A DNA stretch of 60,174 bases, the filler included, from Squatina squatina (Eukaryota), in the NCBI GenBank assembly GCA_031763465.1. It is 3 parts of 3 records of this genome, joined end to end, with 100 filler letters (N's around TTAATTAATTAA, not from the genome) between each part and the next. Parts side by side here need not be neighbours in the genome. Positions count along the whole stretch, not along the records: positions 1 to 27,555 come from JARFOE010000234.1; 2 more parts are not named here. The stretch is one strand, 5' to 3'. The translations under genes were made by a program, and so were the position numbers. This document shows positions 10,359 to 22,990 of this stretch, piece after piece. The first letter of the stretch is position 1, and each line of letters opens with the position of its first letter. The notes under the pieces were generated by a model that saw only the letters and a list, made by a program, of their open reading frames with translations, made no database searches and was not told the DNA's origin.

Positions 10359-12153
10359 NNNNNNNNNNNNNNNNNNNNNNNNNNNNNNNNNNNNNNNNNN
10401 NNNNNNNNNNNNNNNNNNNNNNNNNNNNNNNNNNNNNNNNNNNNNNNNNNNNNNNNNNGTCCTGAATTACAGGGCGTTTAAGGGGCAGCGCTGAAACGGG
10501 AGCTTAGTACTCAACAATTTGTCCATTAGCACCAGTAACTCAGGGAGGTTGAATTGGCTGCCCTGTGGCTGTGGATAAAATACCCAAACAACCAATCTGC
10601 TTAAAATCACTTATGTCCTTTTCAGGAATGCATTCTAATCTCAGACTGTGTTTAGCAAGCAAATGTTTATCAACTATTGCAGGTTTTTACATTAATTAGC
10701 AGTAAATACAACCGTCACAAAATGTGAATTTGAAGTCCAAAATATCATCGTATCCATAATAATTGGATACAAATACAGAACATGTTTTCCATTTAACTGA
10801 AGAAATAAAGAACATATGTATTGGAGAATTTTTTAATGTGTACTTCCTGAACCTGATTTTTTTTCTGTTGTTCTTTTTTATCATAATGAATCATATTTAT
10901 AAATGTTCCTTGGGGCACTTCCATAGTCTATGAAAGTTAACACAGTTACCTGTATCGAGGCTGGACATCCTACATGTAGAAGAAACAGCTTGTAAAATTA
11001 ACCTTCAATTGATGAAACTGTATTTTTTAATGAATCACCTGTTTTATGTTTATATGCATTGATGGGCATTATATCAAAGCATACAGTTACATTTTATACA
11101 ATGGAAAAGGATGAACAATGGTTGAGTTTAAAATCCTGAGAAATGTTTCTAAAAGAGGGAAAGGTTTCGAGAGAAGGTAGTAATTGAAAATCTGGCCAAG
11201 AGAAACTGATGACCTTAAGGTGTTTCCTAATTGATGGCTTACCACGCTTTATTAATTGATCACTTTTACTGGTAAAAATTATAAAATTTTGTCACCTTCA
11301 AAATTACTAAATATATATATACTAAATAAACTGGTTGCAACACTGTTAAAAATGTTGCAATTACATTGCTACATAAAAGTTTACCACATTGCAATAATTT
11401 CCTGAATTAACATGTCACCTGACAAGACAGTATTTATGTTAACTATGTATGTGTAGTTTTTACCAATCATGTAACTAACAGTGGCTGGTTTATTGTGCCA
11501 TTATAAAAGCCAAGCCAAAAATACTCTGTGTACTTTGTATAAAGTTGCATGATACATCATAACCTAATGACTGCAAGTTTCCATATGCAGCTGTTGAACT
11601 TTTAGCGATGGAACAGGACCAACAATGGCTTGAATTCAAAACCACCACAGAAAAACACTGTCTAGTCTACCCAGCCTGAAATAGTGAGACAATCTGATAA
11701 AACAGCCACTGTCACGCTAAGAGGCAAAAAAAAACCTCAGAACACTGGGTTTCTTTAGCTTGACTTTCTTTTTGCCTCAATCTCATGCAAGTGCACTTTA
11801 ATGAACCTAACATGACTGATTAATTCATTCTGCACAAAAACAATGAACCTTTCATAAAGGAGGTTACAATACTCTTTCAACATTTTAAATTATGTGCATA
11901 ATATTAAGCTCTGCATAAAGCCAAAAGTTAGGTAATAATGTCCATTGTTGATATTTAAGGAATTTGCCTTCTAAACTTCAGAACTCATCCTTAATCCAGC
12001 ACACAACTTAATAAAATGTTCAGATTTTTACATCTTGCTATAGCCTCTCATTGNNNNNNNNNNNNNNNNNNNNNNNNNNNNNNNNNNNNNNNNNNNNNNN
12101 NNNNNNNNNNNNNNNNNNNNNNNNNNNNNNNNNNNNNNNNNNNNNNNNNNNNN

Positions 12154-12299
12154 ATGGTCCAGTGATAGGCCCCTCGCAGGATAATTACAAGCAGGGCCAC
12201 GACAAAGGCAGGTAAACCCCAACTCAGAGTGAAGAACAGCAAGTACCGCCGATCTGTGTGTTCATCATTCATCACAAGTACTTGCCAGAAATTGATGGA
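12154..12299 (-). CDS. ADGRV1: ADGRV1 exon (partial, truncated by gap), TM3-TM4
   Basis: ctttag|[48 protein letters not shown]. Confidence 0.95.
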
Positions 12300-12455
12300 C
12301 TAAAGGGAAAAAAAGGAATATTCAATAATTGCAATGATCATGCACTGTACCCATTGCAATCACATGCACATAAAGTCTCCCAGTTTGTGTCTTATTTTTT
12401 ACAAAACATGGCTTCCACCAGTGACCATAATAGCAAGAATATCTGATTTAAAAAT

Positions 12456-12675
12456 TAAAGAAAGCCTTGCATTTATATAGTGCTTTTCACAACTACCGGA
12501 TGTCTCAAAGCCTTTTACAACCAATGAGGTACTTTTGGAGTGTAGTCACTGTTGTAATGTGGGAAAAGCGGCAGCCAATTTGCACACAGCAAGCTCCAGC
12601 AAACAGCAATGTGGTAATGACCAGATAATCTGTTTTAGTGATGTTGATTGAGGGATAAATATTGACCAGGACATG
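12456..12675 (-). mobile_element. SacSINE1/DeuSINE 3' portion
   Basis: Reverse complement of the 3' half of 30686-31140. Confidence 0.85.
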
Positions 12676-12926
12676 TGTGTTTTTTTTTGCTGGTGTGTCA
12701 TTGACTCAAAAGATGATTTTGTCATGTCAGCACTTTTTGGATCACTAATTTTGTGTTGTTTTTAATTTAAAAAGGCAGTNNNNNNNNNNNNNNNNNNNNN
12801 NNNNNNNNNNNNNNNNNNNNNNNNNNNNNNNNNNNNNNNNNNNNNNNNNNNNNNNNNNNNNNNNNNNNNNNNNNNNNNNACAACACATTGTTAAATCTCA
12901 ATCAGCACAGTTCTGATAAATATTAC

Positions 12927-13027
12927 CTGAGTTCCTAGGCAGGCAACCATCATGTGCATGAGAAGTTTGGCTGCAAACATGGAGAATCTTGAGCAGAGCA
13001 AATGAGACAAAATGGCCAGAGAAAACC
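12927..13027 (-). CDS. ADGRV1: ADGRV1 exon, TM1-TM2
   Basis: ctacag|GG TTT...ACT CAG|gtaata, 101 nt, [34 protein letters not shown]; not in the ORF track in this frame. Confidence 0.93.
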
Positions 13028-13333
13028 CTGTAGACACAGACCACAGGTGAGGTTAGAAAGGACTTTGTACTGGGCTTTGAGTGTGTCTGTGACAGTTTCA
13101 AATAATCGATATTTTAAGTAAAGAATTGTTAAAAATTCATCAGTTGACAACATTTTTCTATTGGTTTGGTCAGTTTTACTGAAAGAGCAGTTTATAGGAC
13201 AGCGTGGTGAATTTGTTCTTCTGAAAGTTTGAGACCAAATGGGTTGAAGTTCCTTCTTCCTCTTATTATTGCAAAATCTAGTCACAGCACAGCTATGCAG
13301 TGGAGGAGGAAGAATTATGAACTAAAATAATAT

Positions 13334-13358
13334 GAGAGAGAGAGAGAGACAGAGAGAT
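13334..13358. repeat. (GA)n microsatellite
   Basis: Direct reading. Confidence 0.8.
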
Positions 13359-13589
13359 AAGTGACTTGCGATTAGCTCACAGAGGAAGAAGATTTGAGAC
13401 ACAGGAAGTTCTCCATTTCTAATCATGACATGCTTAGAACCATCCATCCTCAGCAGCAGTGAGAGGAAGGGCCCAATCCATATAAATCTGTAGGCAACAT
13501 CACAGGAGATCATCTCGTATTAAATAATCCTTGTTGCCCTTTTTTTTTTAAAAGTCATTAAGCGATATTTGAGCAGATATATTACCCTA

Positions 13590-14430
13590 TGTATGTAAAT
13601 GCATGAAATATTGCGAATAAAGTTGGTGAGCTAAAGACACAAATTGATATGGGTGTATAATATAATAGCATCAACAGAGATGTAGGCTTGGGCAGGAATG
13701 GGAGCTGAATATTCATGGTTACAAAATATTCAGAAGGGACAGAGCAAGACAAAATGGAATGGAGCGGCTGTATTAATCAAAGATTCCATTACNNNNNNNN
13801 NNNNNNNNNNNNNNNNNNNNNNNNNNNNNNNNNNNNNNNNNNNNNNNNNNNNNNNNNNNNNNNNNNNNNNNNNNNNNNNNNNNNNNNNNNNNCATAGTTA
13901 GGGTATCTGCAATGTGCTCACTTACTTCCTTTAAAAACCTGGGATGAAAACATCTGGCCCTGGGGATTTGTCACTCTTTAGTGCCATTATTTTCTTCATT
14001 ACTGTTGATTTACTTATGCTACTTATAGTGAGTCCTGTCCCTGATTCAAAATTAGTTTCTTTGGGGTGTCTGGCATATTACCCTTTTGCTCCACTGTAAA
14101 TACTCACATAAAGTAATTATTTAACATATCTGCCATTTTCATATTTTCACTTATAATGTCACCATTATCAGTTTTTAAGGGGCCCATATTGCTCTTAACC
14201 ATCCTCTTTTTCTTGTTACAATTGTAAGTTTTTTGTGTTGATTTTGATCATATCCCCTCAGTCTTCTTTACAAGAGGGAAATGATCCAGGGTAGTCAATT
14301 TTTCCCCTTTCTCTTAAGCTCTGGGTTCTACCATGTAAACCTTCTCTGTACCATCCAATAACTGAATATCCTGTTTGAAATTTGAACACCAGAACTGCAT
14401 GTAGTATTCCAGATATGGTTACACCAGAGC
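13590..14430. mobile_element. Degenerate CR1 LINE fragments (+ endonuclease start before the gap; minus-strand pieces after it)
   Basis: Before the gap, NA*NIANKVGEL...IIASTE..L / GAAVLIKDSI resemble the CR1 APE N-terminus. After it are CCCTGGGGATTTGTC and CACCAGAACTGCATGTAGTATTCCAG-type CR1 antisense motifs. Confidence 0.55.
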
Positions 14431-15165
14431 AAATACTGCTGTATCATTGAAGAAAAAAACAACTGATCTGTTTCATGCTTCGTGTATTGCCCACTACCAT
14501 AGTCACATCATGGGCTGATCTTAAAGCTGTTCCTGAAAACTTTTACAAAATAGTGAATTCTTCCTTTTTGCCACTCCATCTCTTCTGAAGATGATTACTT
14601 GTGCTGTGGTAGGGCTCTAGAGTGACAGTATCCCACTCACTAAAATGGACAAATTCCGAGTATGAATGTGGACAATTTGGTGGGTACTTGACCATAGTTG
14701 CTATTAAACCGAGCCCAATATTATCCTTACCCAGAATCTCCTCACCATTCGATTGCCATCGGTACTTGCCNNNNNNNNNNNNNNNNNNNNNNNNNNNNNN
14801 NNNNNNNNNNNNNNNNNNNNNNNNNNNNNNNNNNNNNNNNNNNNNNNNNNNNNNNNNNNNNNNNNNNNNNGAATTTTACTATTCAATGAGAAACAAAGAT
14901 GCCAAATTTGACCAGAAATATATTTATGTCATCAAGAGCACTTCTTTTCCAAACCAAAAACTAAGTCTGCACTGATCGATTGAAGTCAATGGAAAAGAAA
15001 ATTGAGCGGGCTGCGAAAAAGACTGCTGATTCGCTTTCTACCTAACCCTAACCACCAAAGACCAATTTTACCCCTACTTTCTCTATTTGTTCATCTAATT
15101 CTCGGTCATCAATAAGTTTCAGTATAACTGTTCTCAAAATCATTTTCAGAACACATTGGGCCTAC

Positions 15166-15418
15166 TTTATTGTTGAGTGCAATTCCTTTTGCACTGGTTT
15201 GGAACCATTGCTGGCTGCTGTACTCTGTGAATTGCACACGTTGACAATTTTCATCTCCCGTGGTAAGTGAAGACGTAGGAGGAACTTCCAGCAGCCGTTC
15301 AGGAACTTGAAGGGAATCACCATTCTTCCCATCAACCATATGTCCATTAATTTGTTGGGGATACCAGTGATATGATTTAATAGTGAGGTACTGGCAAGTG
15401 TCCAGAACCGTTTTGCCT
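15166..15418 (-). CDS. ADGRV1: ADGRV1 exon, GAIN-domain region
   Basis: ccacag|A GGC...AAT AAA|gtaggc, 253 nt, GKTVLDTCQYLTIKSYHWYPQQINGHMVDGKNGDSLQVPERLLEV...VQFTEYSSQQWF...LNNK. Confidence 0.93.
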
Positions 15419-15629
15419 CTGTGGAATTGGGCAAAAAAGTTAAAATAATGTTAAAATGTGACAATTCCAAAATCTAGGGTAGATATCTCAGATAAACTGA
15501 ATTTAGTTACTTTGATCAGACAAAACCAAAACTCAACTTTCTCAATTCAATCTTAAATAATCTCATTTTTTTTCCAAATGAAAGAACCTGGTACAAATTT
15601 TGTACCCCAATATAACAGTGAATAGTCAA

Positions 15630-15739
15630 CATGGATTGCTTGACCATTGAATTCTTTGAAACGGTAACAGAGAGTAGACAAGGGTAATGTAGTAGATGTA
15701 ATATATTTAGATTTCCAAAAGGCTTTCAATAAGGTATCA
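15630..15739 (+). mobile_element. CR1 reverse-transcriptase fragment
   Basis: EFFETVTERVDKGNVVDVIYLDFQKAFNKV (RT motif DxxYLDFxKAFD). Confidence 0.85.
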
Positions 15740-15839
15740 NNNNNNNNNNNNNNNNNNNNNNNNNNNNNNNNNNNNNNNNNNNNNNNNNNNNNNNNNNNNN
15801 NNNNNNNNNNNNNNNNNNNNNNNNNNNNNNNNNNNNNNN

Positions 15840-15995
15840 GGAAATATATTGCCATTCCTTCACCATCACTGGGTCAAGATCCTGGAACTCCCTCCCTAAC
15901 AGCACTGTGGGAGTTCCTTCACCACACGGATTGCAATTAGGGATGGGCAATAAATGCTGGCCTTGCCAGCAATGCTCGCATCCTAGGAACAAATA
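15840..15995 (+). mobile_element. Shark LINE/SINE 3' tail (same family on minus strand at ~19385-19495 and ~43735-43963)
   Basis: TCCTGGAACTCCCTCCCTAACAGCACTGTGGG...TTAGGGATGGGCAATAAATGCTGGCCTTG; its reverse complement occurs twice more in the window. Confidence 0.75.
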
Positions 15996-16537
15996 AGAAA
16001 GTCATGTGAATTAAAAAGGCAAAACAAAATAGCAAATGGCTATTTCATGTTGTGGGGATTTGAGTATGTTCGCAAACCAAAATCACAAGGGAAAAACAGA
16101 TTTAATTTATGCTGTGAGCAATTTGTAAAGAGCTCAATGTGTTGCTGATTTTCAAGTATTTATGCTCACAAAAATCACCCCATTTTCAATTAGCAATATT
16201 TTACTGTCAACGCAATGCATCACAGTCGGAAATTAGATTTTGATTGCAGCTAGTGGTGGCCCTCTAATGACTGCTATGACATTCCTGCACCAAGATGAAA
16301 AATAGGGTTACATTTTTTCCCCATTTATTTAAAGAATACTTTGAACTAAAAAGCTAGTTACATTCGGCTAGATTTTTCTGGTTCTACTTTATGATACTCT
16401 CCTTTGTTGGCTTTTACTGAAATCTACTAATATATCCAGTACTCAATTCATTAAGTCAACCCCTAGATGGATGCAAATAATATTTATTGCTTTATGCATT
16501 AATCCTATAAAATCTCAATAATCTTGAATAATTTTAC

Positions 16538-16601
16538 CTCTGACCAGGCGATCCACATTCTACATCAGTGAGGAGTGAGAAGGCAAACCTCTCCGTTACT
16601 T
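16538..16601 (-). CDS. ADGRV1: ADGRV1 exon (3' part only; remainder in gap)
   Basis: VTERFAFSLLTDVECGSPGQ(R)|gtaaaa; phase 2 fits the next exon at 15418. Confidence 0.88.
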
Positions 16602-17527
16602 NNNNNNNNNNNNNNNNNNNNNNNNNNNNNNNNNNNNNNNNNNNNNNNNNNNNNNNNNNNNNNNNNNNNNNNNNNNNNNNNNNNNNNNNNNNNNNNNNNN
16701 NNNNNNNNNNNNNNNNNNNNNNNNNNNNNNNNNNNNNNNNNNNNNNNNNNNNNNNNNNNNNNNNNNNNNNNNNNNNNNNNNNNNNNNNNNNNNNNNNNNN
16801 NNNNNNNNNNNNNNNNNNNNNNNNNNNNNNNNNNNNNNNNNNNNNNNNNNNNNNNNNNNNNNNNNNNNNNNNNNNNNNNNNNNNNNNNNNNNNNNNNNNN
16901 NNNNNNNNNNNNNNNNNNNNNNNNNNNNNNNNNNNNNNNNNNNNNNNNNNNNNNNNNNNNNNNNNNNNNNNNNNNNNNNNNNNNNNNNNNNNNNNNNNNN
17001 NNNNNNNNNNNNNNNNNNNNNNNNNNNNNNNNNNNNNNNNNNNNNNNNNNNNNNNNNNNNNNNNNNNNNNNNNNNNNNNNNNNNNNNNNNNNNNNNNNNN
17101 NNNNNNNNNNNNNNNNNNNNNNNNNNNNNNNNNNNNNNNNNNNNNNNNNNNNNNNNNNNNNNNNNNNNAAATTAGCATGGAACACACGATGGGTGGAAAT
17201 CAGGTGGAACTGGTTTGCACCTAACTTACTGTTCAGTTACACCCTGTCTACATCTATTTTTTATGCCAAATTATAAGCTAAAATCAATGTCTATGATTCT
17301 AAATTATTATGCTGTTCAATCTGTAATGCACTATAATTAAAGCACTTTCAAAACAAGCATATCTAGTTGTACTGCTGAACCAGATTTACTCTGTGATAAG
17401 CAAATGTTTGATAACAAATTGTAGGTATTTTAAAAATGTTATGCTTTTTCCATTATAGTTACACTTATGTGGATTATGGTGTCACAGCTGTTTCAGATAA
17501 ATGCTCATCTTAAATTGTAATTTTCAC

Positions 17528-17935
17528 CTTTTCCAACACTTTCATTACTGCACTGAGTTGTTCTCCTGTAGCTTCTGTAGTAATCTTGTTTTGCATTTTC
17601 TGAAGAATTTGATTTATTAAGTCATCATCAAGGGGTTGGTATAACTGATCAACTAAACCCCAGAAGAACTGAGAGTTAGCATCTGTGACTATTGTGATGT
17701 TTGCGATGTTGTAATCCTTATCCAGTTGAGTTCCTGCAGTTGGATTGGAGAGCATCACTTGAAGTCGCTTCGGCAATGGATTGGAGGACGCCAGCTCCGG
17801 AGTGAGAACAATGTCCAATGCAATGCTCGACTGCCCCGGTTGGAAAGTTAAAATGCCTTCCGTTTTGACAAAATCCATCCCAGCAATAGCTGGTGATATT
17901 AAGGTTTGGCCTACCAGCTCAGCTTTTCTCAACTC
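17528..17935 (-). CDS. ADGRV1: ADGRV1 exon, last Calx-beta-like repeat and start of GAIN region
   Basis: tatag|ELRKAELVGQTLISPAIAGMDFVKTEGILTFQPGQ...VMKVLEK|gtgaaa, 408 nt, open frame. Confidence 0.93.
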
Positions 17936-18083
17936 CTATAAAATACAAAATAAGGACATTAATTTGCTCTGAGCTAAGTCAATTTATTTGTGATGCAAGT
18001 ATTTATTTCATAACTATAATCATTTTCTTTTCAATAAAATCAAAGAAAAATGTAAACCCATGATAAAGGAAACCTAGAAGGCA

Positions 18084-18386
18084 ATGGCCCAGAATTTGCT
18101 TAAATAACAACAGCATCTGAATGGTGCAGAAGATTATTAATGTGAAAATTGACCAACAACTCGCAGTGAGGAAGGTATGCCCCGTGAATTGCAAATCGCC
18201 ATATTAGTTGCCCATTAAACTCGCCACAGAAAGTTAAGTCTCATAAACTATAGCGTAACTACCCATTTAACGACATAATAATTGTCGATGACTGCCAATC
18301 AACTTCACTTGCCCAGAAAGTGAACAATTAGACGTGCAGAGATCCATTCCTTCAAGTAGCGAATTATTGTTGGGAGATTTTTAAAA
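18084..18386 (+). mobile_element. Left arm of non-autonomous Harbinger-like element
   Basis: GGCCCAGAATTTGC terminus; similar to 36213-36600 and 44694-44890. Confidence 0.55.
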
Positions 18387-18486
18387 NNNNNNNNNNNNNN
18401 NNNNNNNNNNNNNNNNNNNNNNNNNNNNNNNNNNNNNNNNNNNNNNNNNNNNNNNNNNNNNNNNNNNNNNNNNNNNNNNNNNNNNN

Positions 18487-19058
18487 CCTCCACGAGGATT
18501 TGTTAGGTAGACATAAAAAAATTCTTGTCCTTCTGGTTCACTATCATCGAAAATTCTGATGGATATATTGATCTCCCTTTGCTCATCCTGGAGAGCAACA
18601 TTCAAAGCTTCATCTTCAAAATCTGCTCCTTCTTTGGCCCAGGAATAGGTGGAGTTTTGCTGGATGTTTTGGAAATGGGTTTCTTGGAAATGGGTTTCTT
18701 GTAAACCATCTGAAAACTTTTTTTCTCCAAAAGTTTTAACACTCGCACTGATGATCCCAGTAAATCTCAATGTCCTTCGAATGTGAAGGACTACTACACT
18801 TTCTGTACTATTACCACTGTCCTCTACAATGTGTATCACAGTGGGTCCAATGCTTAGAACACCATTAGTGGCATCATTGGCAATAACAGTTATAGATGAC
18901 ACACTAAAGTCTAAATTCAAGTGAGGTTTTTCTTCTGTATTATTTGGCCTAAAATCCAGAACTTCAACGCTGGACAGATTTAGGTAGAATACTTCATCCA
19001 TTTCTGGAATATTATCATTGATGATAAACAATTTAATAATAGCTTCCTGAGAAGGAGT
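18487..19058 (-). CDS. ADGRV1: ADGRV1 large exon (internal part between two gaps), Calx-beta repeats
   Basis: Open frame with FIINDNIPEMDEVFYLNL...IANDATNG...IFDDSEPEGQEFFYVYLTNPRG (Calx-beta DDxxPExxExF motifs). Confidence 0.95.
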
Positions 19059-19846
19059 NNNNNNNNNNNNNNNNNNNNNNNNNNNNNNNNNNNNNNNNNN
19101 NNNNNNNNNNNNNNNNNNNNNNNNNNNNNNNNNNNNNNNNNNNNNNNNNNNNNNNNNNCCAAGTGTGGATTTCTGGATTCAGATCAGATGTTGCCCTGGC
19201 ACAGTCACCACCAGAACAGCCAAGCAACTGAAAGAAGGGAGTAAAGTCACCCGCAGTTGTAGGACTGAGAAACCTGGAGTAACAGTAATGGCTGTGGGCT
19301 GCAGGATCTCTGGCTGCTGTACAAAAACAGTAGCCAGATGACCTCAAGCCCAAAGATTTCCATAGCACCTTTTTCAAAAAGTTAATTCCTGGTATGTGGG
19401 CATCACTGACAAGGCCAGCATTTATTGCCCATCCCTGATTACCCTCAAGAAGATGGTGGGGAGCCACCTTCTTGAACCACTGCAGTCCTTGTGTGAAGAA
19501 CTGTAATAAAAAAGTTCCACTCACCTTTTTCATCCTTCATGGCCTTGCTGCTGCTCCTCACAGATCTTCTGATTGAAAGGGGGCCTAGTGCAAGTCCCAA
19601 CACTTGCTTCTTCCTACTGGGTGCCTGCACAGCACACCAGCAGGAAAATGAGGCAGAAAGCCCCCTAAAGAGCTTCTCGCCTCGTTTCCATACTTGCCCA
19701 TGCTTGTGCCACTCCAAGTGCAGATACTTTGTGCACCCACCTCAGTAAAGCAGTTGTGTAGGTTTCTCACCACACCTCAAAGCATAGGGAGATTTGTTAA
19801 GCTGAAAGATCAAATTTAAAAAAATATTTTAAGCTGCTGTACCCAC

Positions 19847-20314
19847 CTGATTTGTGATTGGCATTGTGGCAACAGCAAAGCTCGCACCATCTCTGACCAA
19901 CACAGCTCCCAAAAATCCATCTGTTGAAATTTCTTGCCCGCTAAACATGAGCCTGTATTCCACAATCACATCTTGAAACGTCCCACCATGTCTTGTAATA
20001 TTAATCTGAAAGTAGCGACTCAAATCACGTTCAACAATCACAGTTTGCCCATCTGAGTAGACGGCAAACAAGCCGTAAGGGTCATCATTTTCAGGAACAT
20101 TAAATCTTGAATTGTCCTTTTCCTTGTTTAAATCAGCTCCTCCTTCCACAGAAGTCAGCCTAATTACGTAAACTTCATCTAACTCTGGTATGTCATCAGC
20201 TAACAGCTGAACTTTTATCTCTGCATTTTGCTGCATATCTAGGATAGTGACTGTGCCGCTGATTGAAAAAAAGTCTCCTGTCATATCAGAATCACTCTGG
20301 AGCTTCCAGTACAC
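19847..20314 (-). CDS. ADGRV1: ADGRV1 exon, Calx-beta repeats
   Basis: taag|VYWKLQ...LLADDIPELDEVYVIRLTSVEGGA...VPENDDPYGLF...PITNQ|gtgggt, 468 nt. Confidence 0.95.
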
Positions 20315-21377
20315 CTTAAATCAAGATACAAAGATAGTCAGTCATTTGAATTAAGAGCAACATTACCAATGTAGAAAACATGTGTTGCACGGAATTTGAC
20401 AACCTACATTTCTGACGCTGATTTTTTTGGGCATTTTCCCGAGCAAGTTCAAAAAGAAAATCCGATTTTGAAGTAATACCTCTGAAATATTCAAAAGTGA
20501 ATTGCATTTGTTAAATATCAAATCAGTAAATAGATCTCAGAGAGACACAGTTAGGAAAACGGAGCACATCTTCAGGCTTTGGGAACATGATCAAGTGCAC
20601 TCAATGAATTAAAATAGATTAAAATGTAAAAAATATTCAGCGCACAAATAAAGCACATTCCATCCTTTGCCATTTTAATCAAGAGGAGGGANNNNNNNNN
20701 NNNNNNNNNNNNNNNNNNNNNNNNNNNNNNNNNNNNNNNNNNNNNNNNNNNNNNNNNNNNNNNNNNNNNNNNNNNNNNNNNNNNNNNNNNNTCTTCAGCT
20801 TTTCAATGTTCTGTGCCTCATAAATGTGTTTGATTTCTCTTCTATTGACTTATGTTCACATCATTTCAGCCATTTTTTTCCCTTCTCCTTTACCTTAATG
20901 CTGTTCATCTACATTATCTTCTAGTTCTGAAACATTGAATTGTTTTTCTCTCTAAAGCTACTGACTGACCTGCTGAGTGTTTCCAGCATTTTATATATTT
21001 GTTATGAATTCAACAGTATCTGGAGCACAATCAACTGTACTTGACAAACCTATAACTCGTATATTAAGTTTTAAGGTATTTATCAGTAAGAAGCACTAGC
21101 ATCTGGAGAGATACAAATAATAATTACTGTACACAATAACAATACAGTCTCCACCACTTATGCAATGGTGAAGAATTCTCAGAGTATTTTGCATTCTTGT
21201 GACAAGGATCAGCAGTTGCGATCCTGACCATTTCCTCCCCCACTAGTTTACTACAGGGCATTGAGACCAACTGTGGCAGCTTTACTATCATACCGGCTAA
21301 GATTAGCTAATTCACCACAGACCAATAATCAAACTTCCTGTTCTGACCTATTTCAGACTTTATTCAATTTCTTGTAC

Positions 21378-21516
21378 CTGTAGCAAAATGGTGGCAGATG
21401 ACTGCCTGTCACGCATTAGAAGTGTTCCGCCTGTTTCGACAAATTCATTCAGAAGTGCTGGAGTTATGATCCAGTTAACTGTAACTTCACCAAAAATTCC
21501 TGGACCACGCACTAAT
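21378..21516 (-). CDS. ADGRV1: ADGRV1 exon, Calx-beta repeat
   Basis: ctatag|A TTA...CTA CAG|gtacaa, 139 nt, LVRGPGIFGEVTVNWIITPALLNEFVETGGTLLMRDRQSSATILLQ. Confidence 0.9.
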
Positions 21517-22180
21517 CTATAGCAAAATAAAGTGTTNNNNNNNNNNNNNNNNNNNNNNNNNNNNNNNNNNNNNNNNNNNNNNNNNNNNNNNNNNNNNNNN
21601 NNNNNNNNNNNNNNNNNNNNNNNNNNNNNNNNNNNNTTACCTGCCTGCCACTTTGCAACATTTCCATATCACCTTTCTCAATTTTTCCTTGTTGTAGTGA
21701 ATCTATGCTTTGAAAAAACCTGCTAAATATCATCACACCGGGGATTTAAATAGTACCAAGAGGCACAGATAATATTGCATATTAGCATGTGTGTCTGAAC
21801 TAGTACAAAATTCTGGGCCATGGGTTTCAACAAGTGCATCAACAGAAGATTTTTCTTATCTTGTAAGGAAAATTCTGATTGGACTTGATGTGATTTGATG
21901 TCATCTACCACAAGAACTGCTGTTGTTAGATTAATTAATCATTAAGAGAATACTTCCACAAACTGTATCTGCACCATATTAAAGCTTAAACATTAAGTAA
22001 TATCAATCTCATTGCAGGCCAAATAAACAGGAAAAAGCAAGAAACAGCTAAAATACGACCAATCTGTAACAATTACTACAACATATGATTCGAGAAAAAA
22101 GTTCACTAATCCTTAAGTACCTTAGGTGCAGTATTTCAATGAACAAGCACCACTTTATCCCTATATCAAATAAATCATAC

Positions 22181-22357
22181 CCTGGTTACATTGAACTGGA
22201 TGATTCCTCTGGGGTCATCATTCTCTTCAATTGTTATTTCTGCCAGTTCCATTCCCAAATGCTTCACACTGGGTTGTCCTCCAACAAGTGTAGTATCAGT
22301 CAGTTCCACATTGGTAATGTTAACTAGAAAGCTTTCACGTAATTCAGGAACATTATC
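22181..22357 (-). CDS. ADGRV1: ADGRV1 exon, Calx-beta repeat
   Basis: aaag|DNVPELRESFLVNITNVELTDTTLVGGQPSVKHLGMELAEITIEENDDPRGIIQFNVTR|gtatga, 177 nt. Confidence 0.93.
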
Positions 22358-22701
22358 CTTTCAAATGAAGAAATATTGATTTTAATATGATCCGACTAAA
22401 TTTTAATTTCTTAAAAAGATCAAACAGTAGCGCTGCTTTGCTATGTTACTGTGACAGAACAGTAAGTATAACTAAGCTGAACATGCTCCACAAGGTTTGG
22501 CACTCCCTTTGGCATCCACACCCCTGATTCCCACCTCGAGTTAAGAACGGCTCTCATATTCCCTTATTACCAAACAGAGAAAAATATAGTCCAATGTTGG
22601 TNNNNNNNNNNNNNNNNNNNNNNNNNNNNNNNNNNNNNNNNNNNNNNNNNNNNNNNNNNNNNNNNNNNNNNNNNNNNNNNNNNNNNNNNNNNNNNNNNNN
22701 N

Positions 22702-22990
22702 GTGCTTCATACTGTGAATGAGCTTTCAAGTGCTTTGACGAATGTTATATACCAACAATGTCTCATGAACAACAATGCCCGATCAGTTTGAGGGAAAATT
22801 GGTGGTCATGACACTGTTCTTTGAATAGTGCCCTGGAATCTCTGATGTCCAGGTAAACTATCAAAACATTGTATCCAAAGTATGGTACCTGAGCTAATAC
22901 AACACTGGCTCAGTACTGTATAGGTTGTCAGCCTATGCACTGAGATCAGAGACTGGAATGGAACTTATCTCTGGGATCAGAAGGTTCTGG
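22702..22990 (-). mobile_element. Old, degraded DeuSINE-like copy
   Basis: TTCTTTGAATAGTGCCCTGGAATCT...CTCAGTACTG resemble the reverse complement of the Deu domain. Confidence 0.45.

Noticed and set aside
10950-10969. 20-nt AG/GT-bounded micro-exon candidate in ADGRV1 intron
   Set aside because: Its length would shift the frame, and no such segment is expected between the flanking TM4 and TM5 exons.
16534-17276. Long ORFs through N runs (also 38990-39702, 47528-48637)
   Set aside because: Artefacts of translating gaps.
21641-21719. Exon-like segment FFQSIDSLQQGKIEKGDMEMLQSGRQ with AG/GT ends
   Set aside because: No resemblance to Calx-beta sequence and phase-incompatible with the upstream exon.
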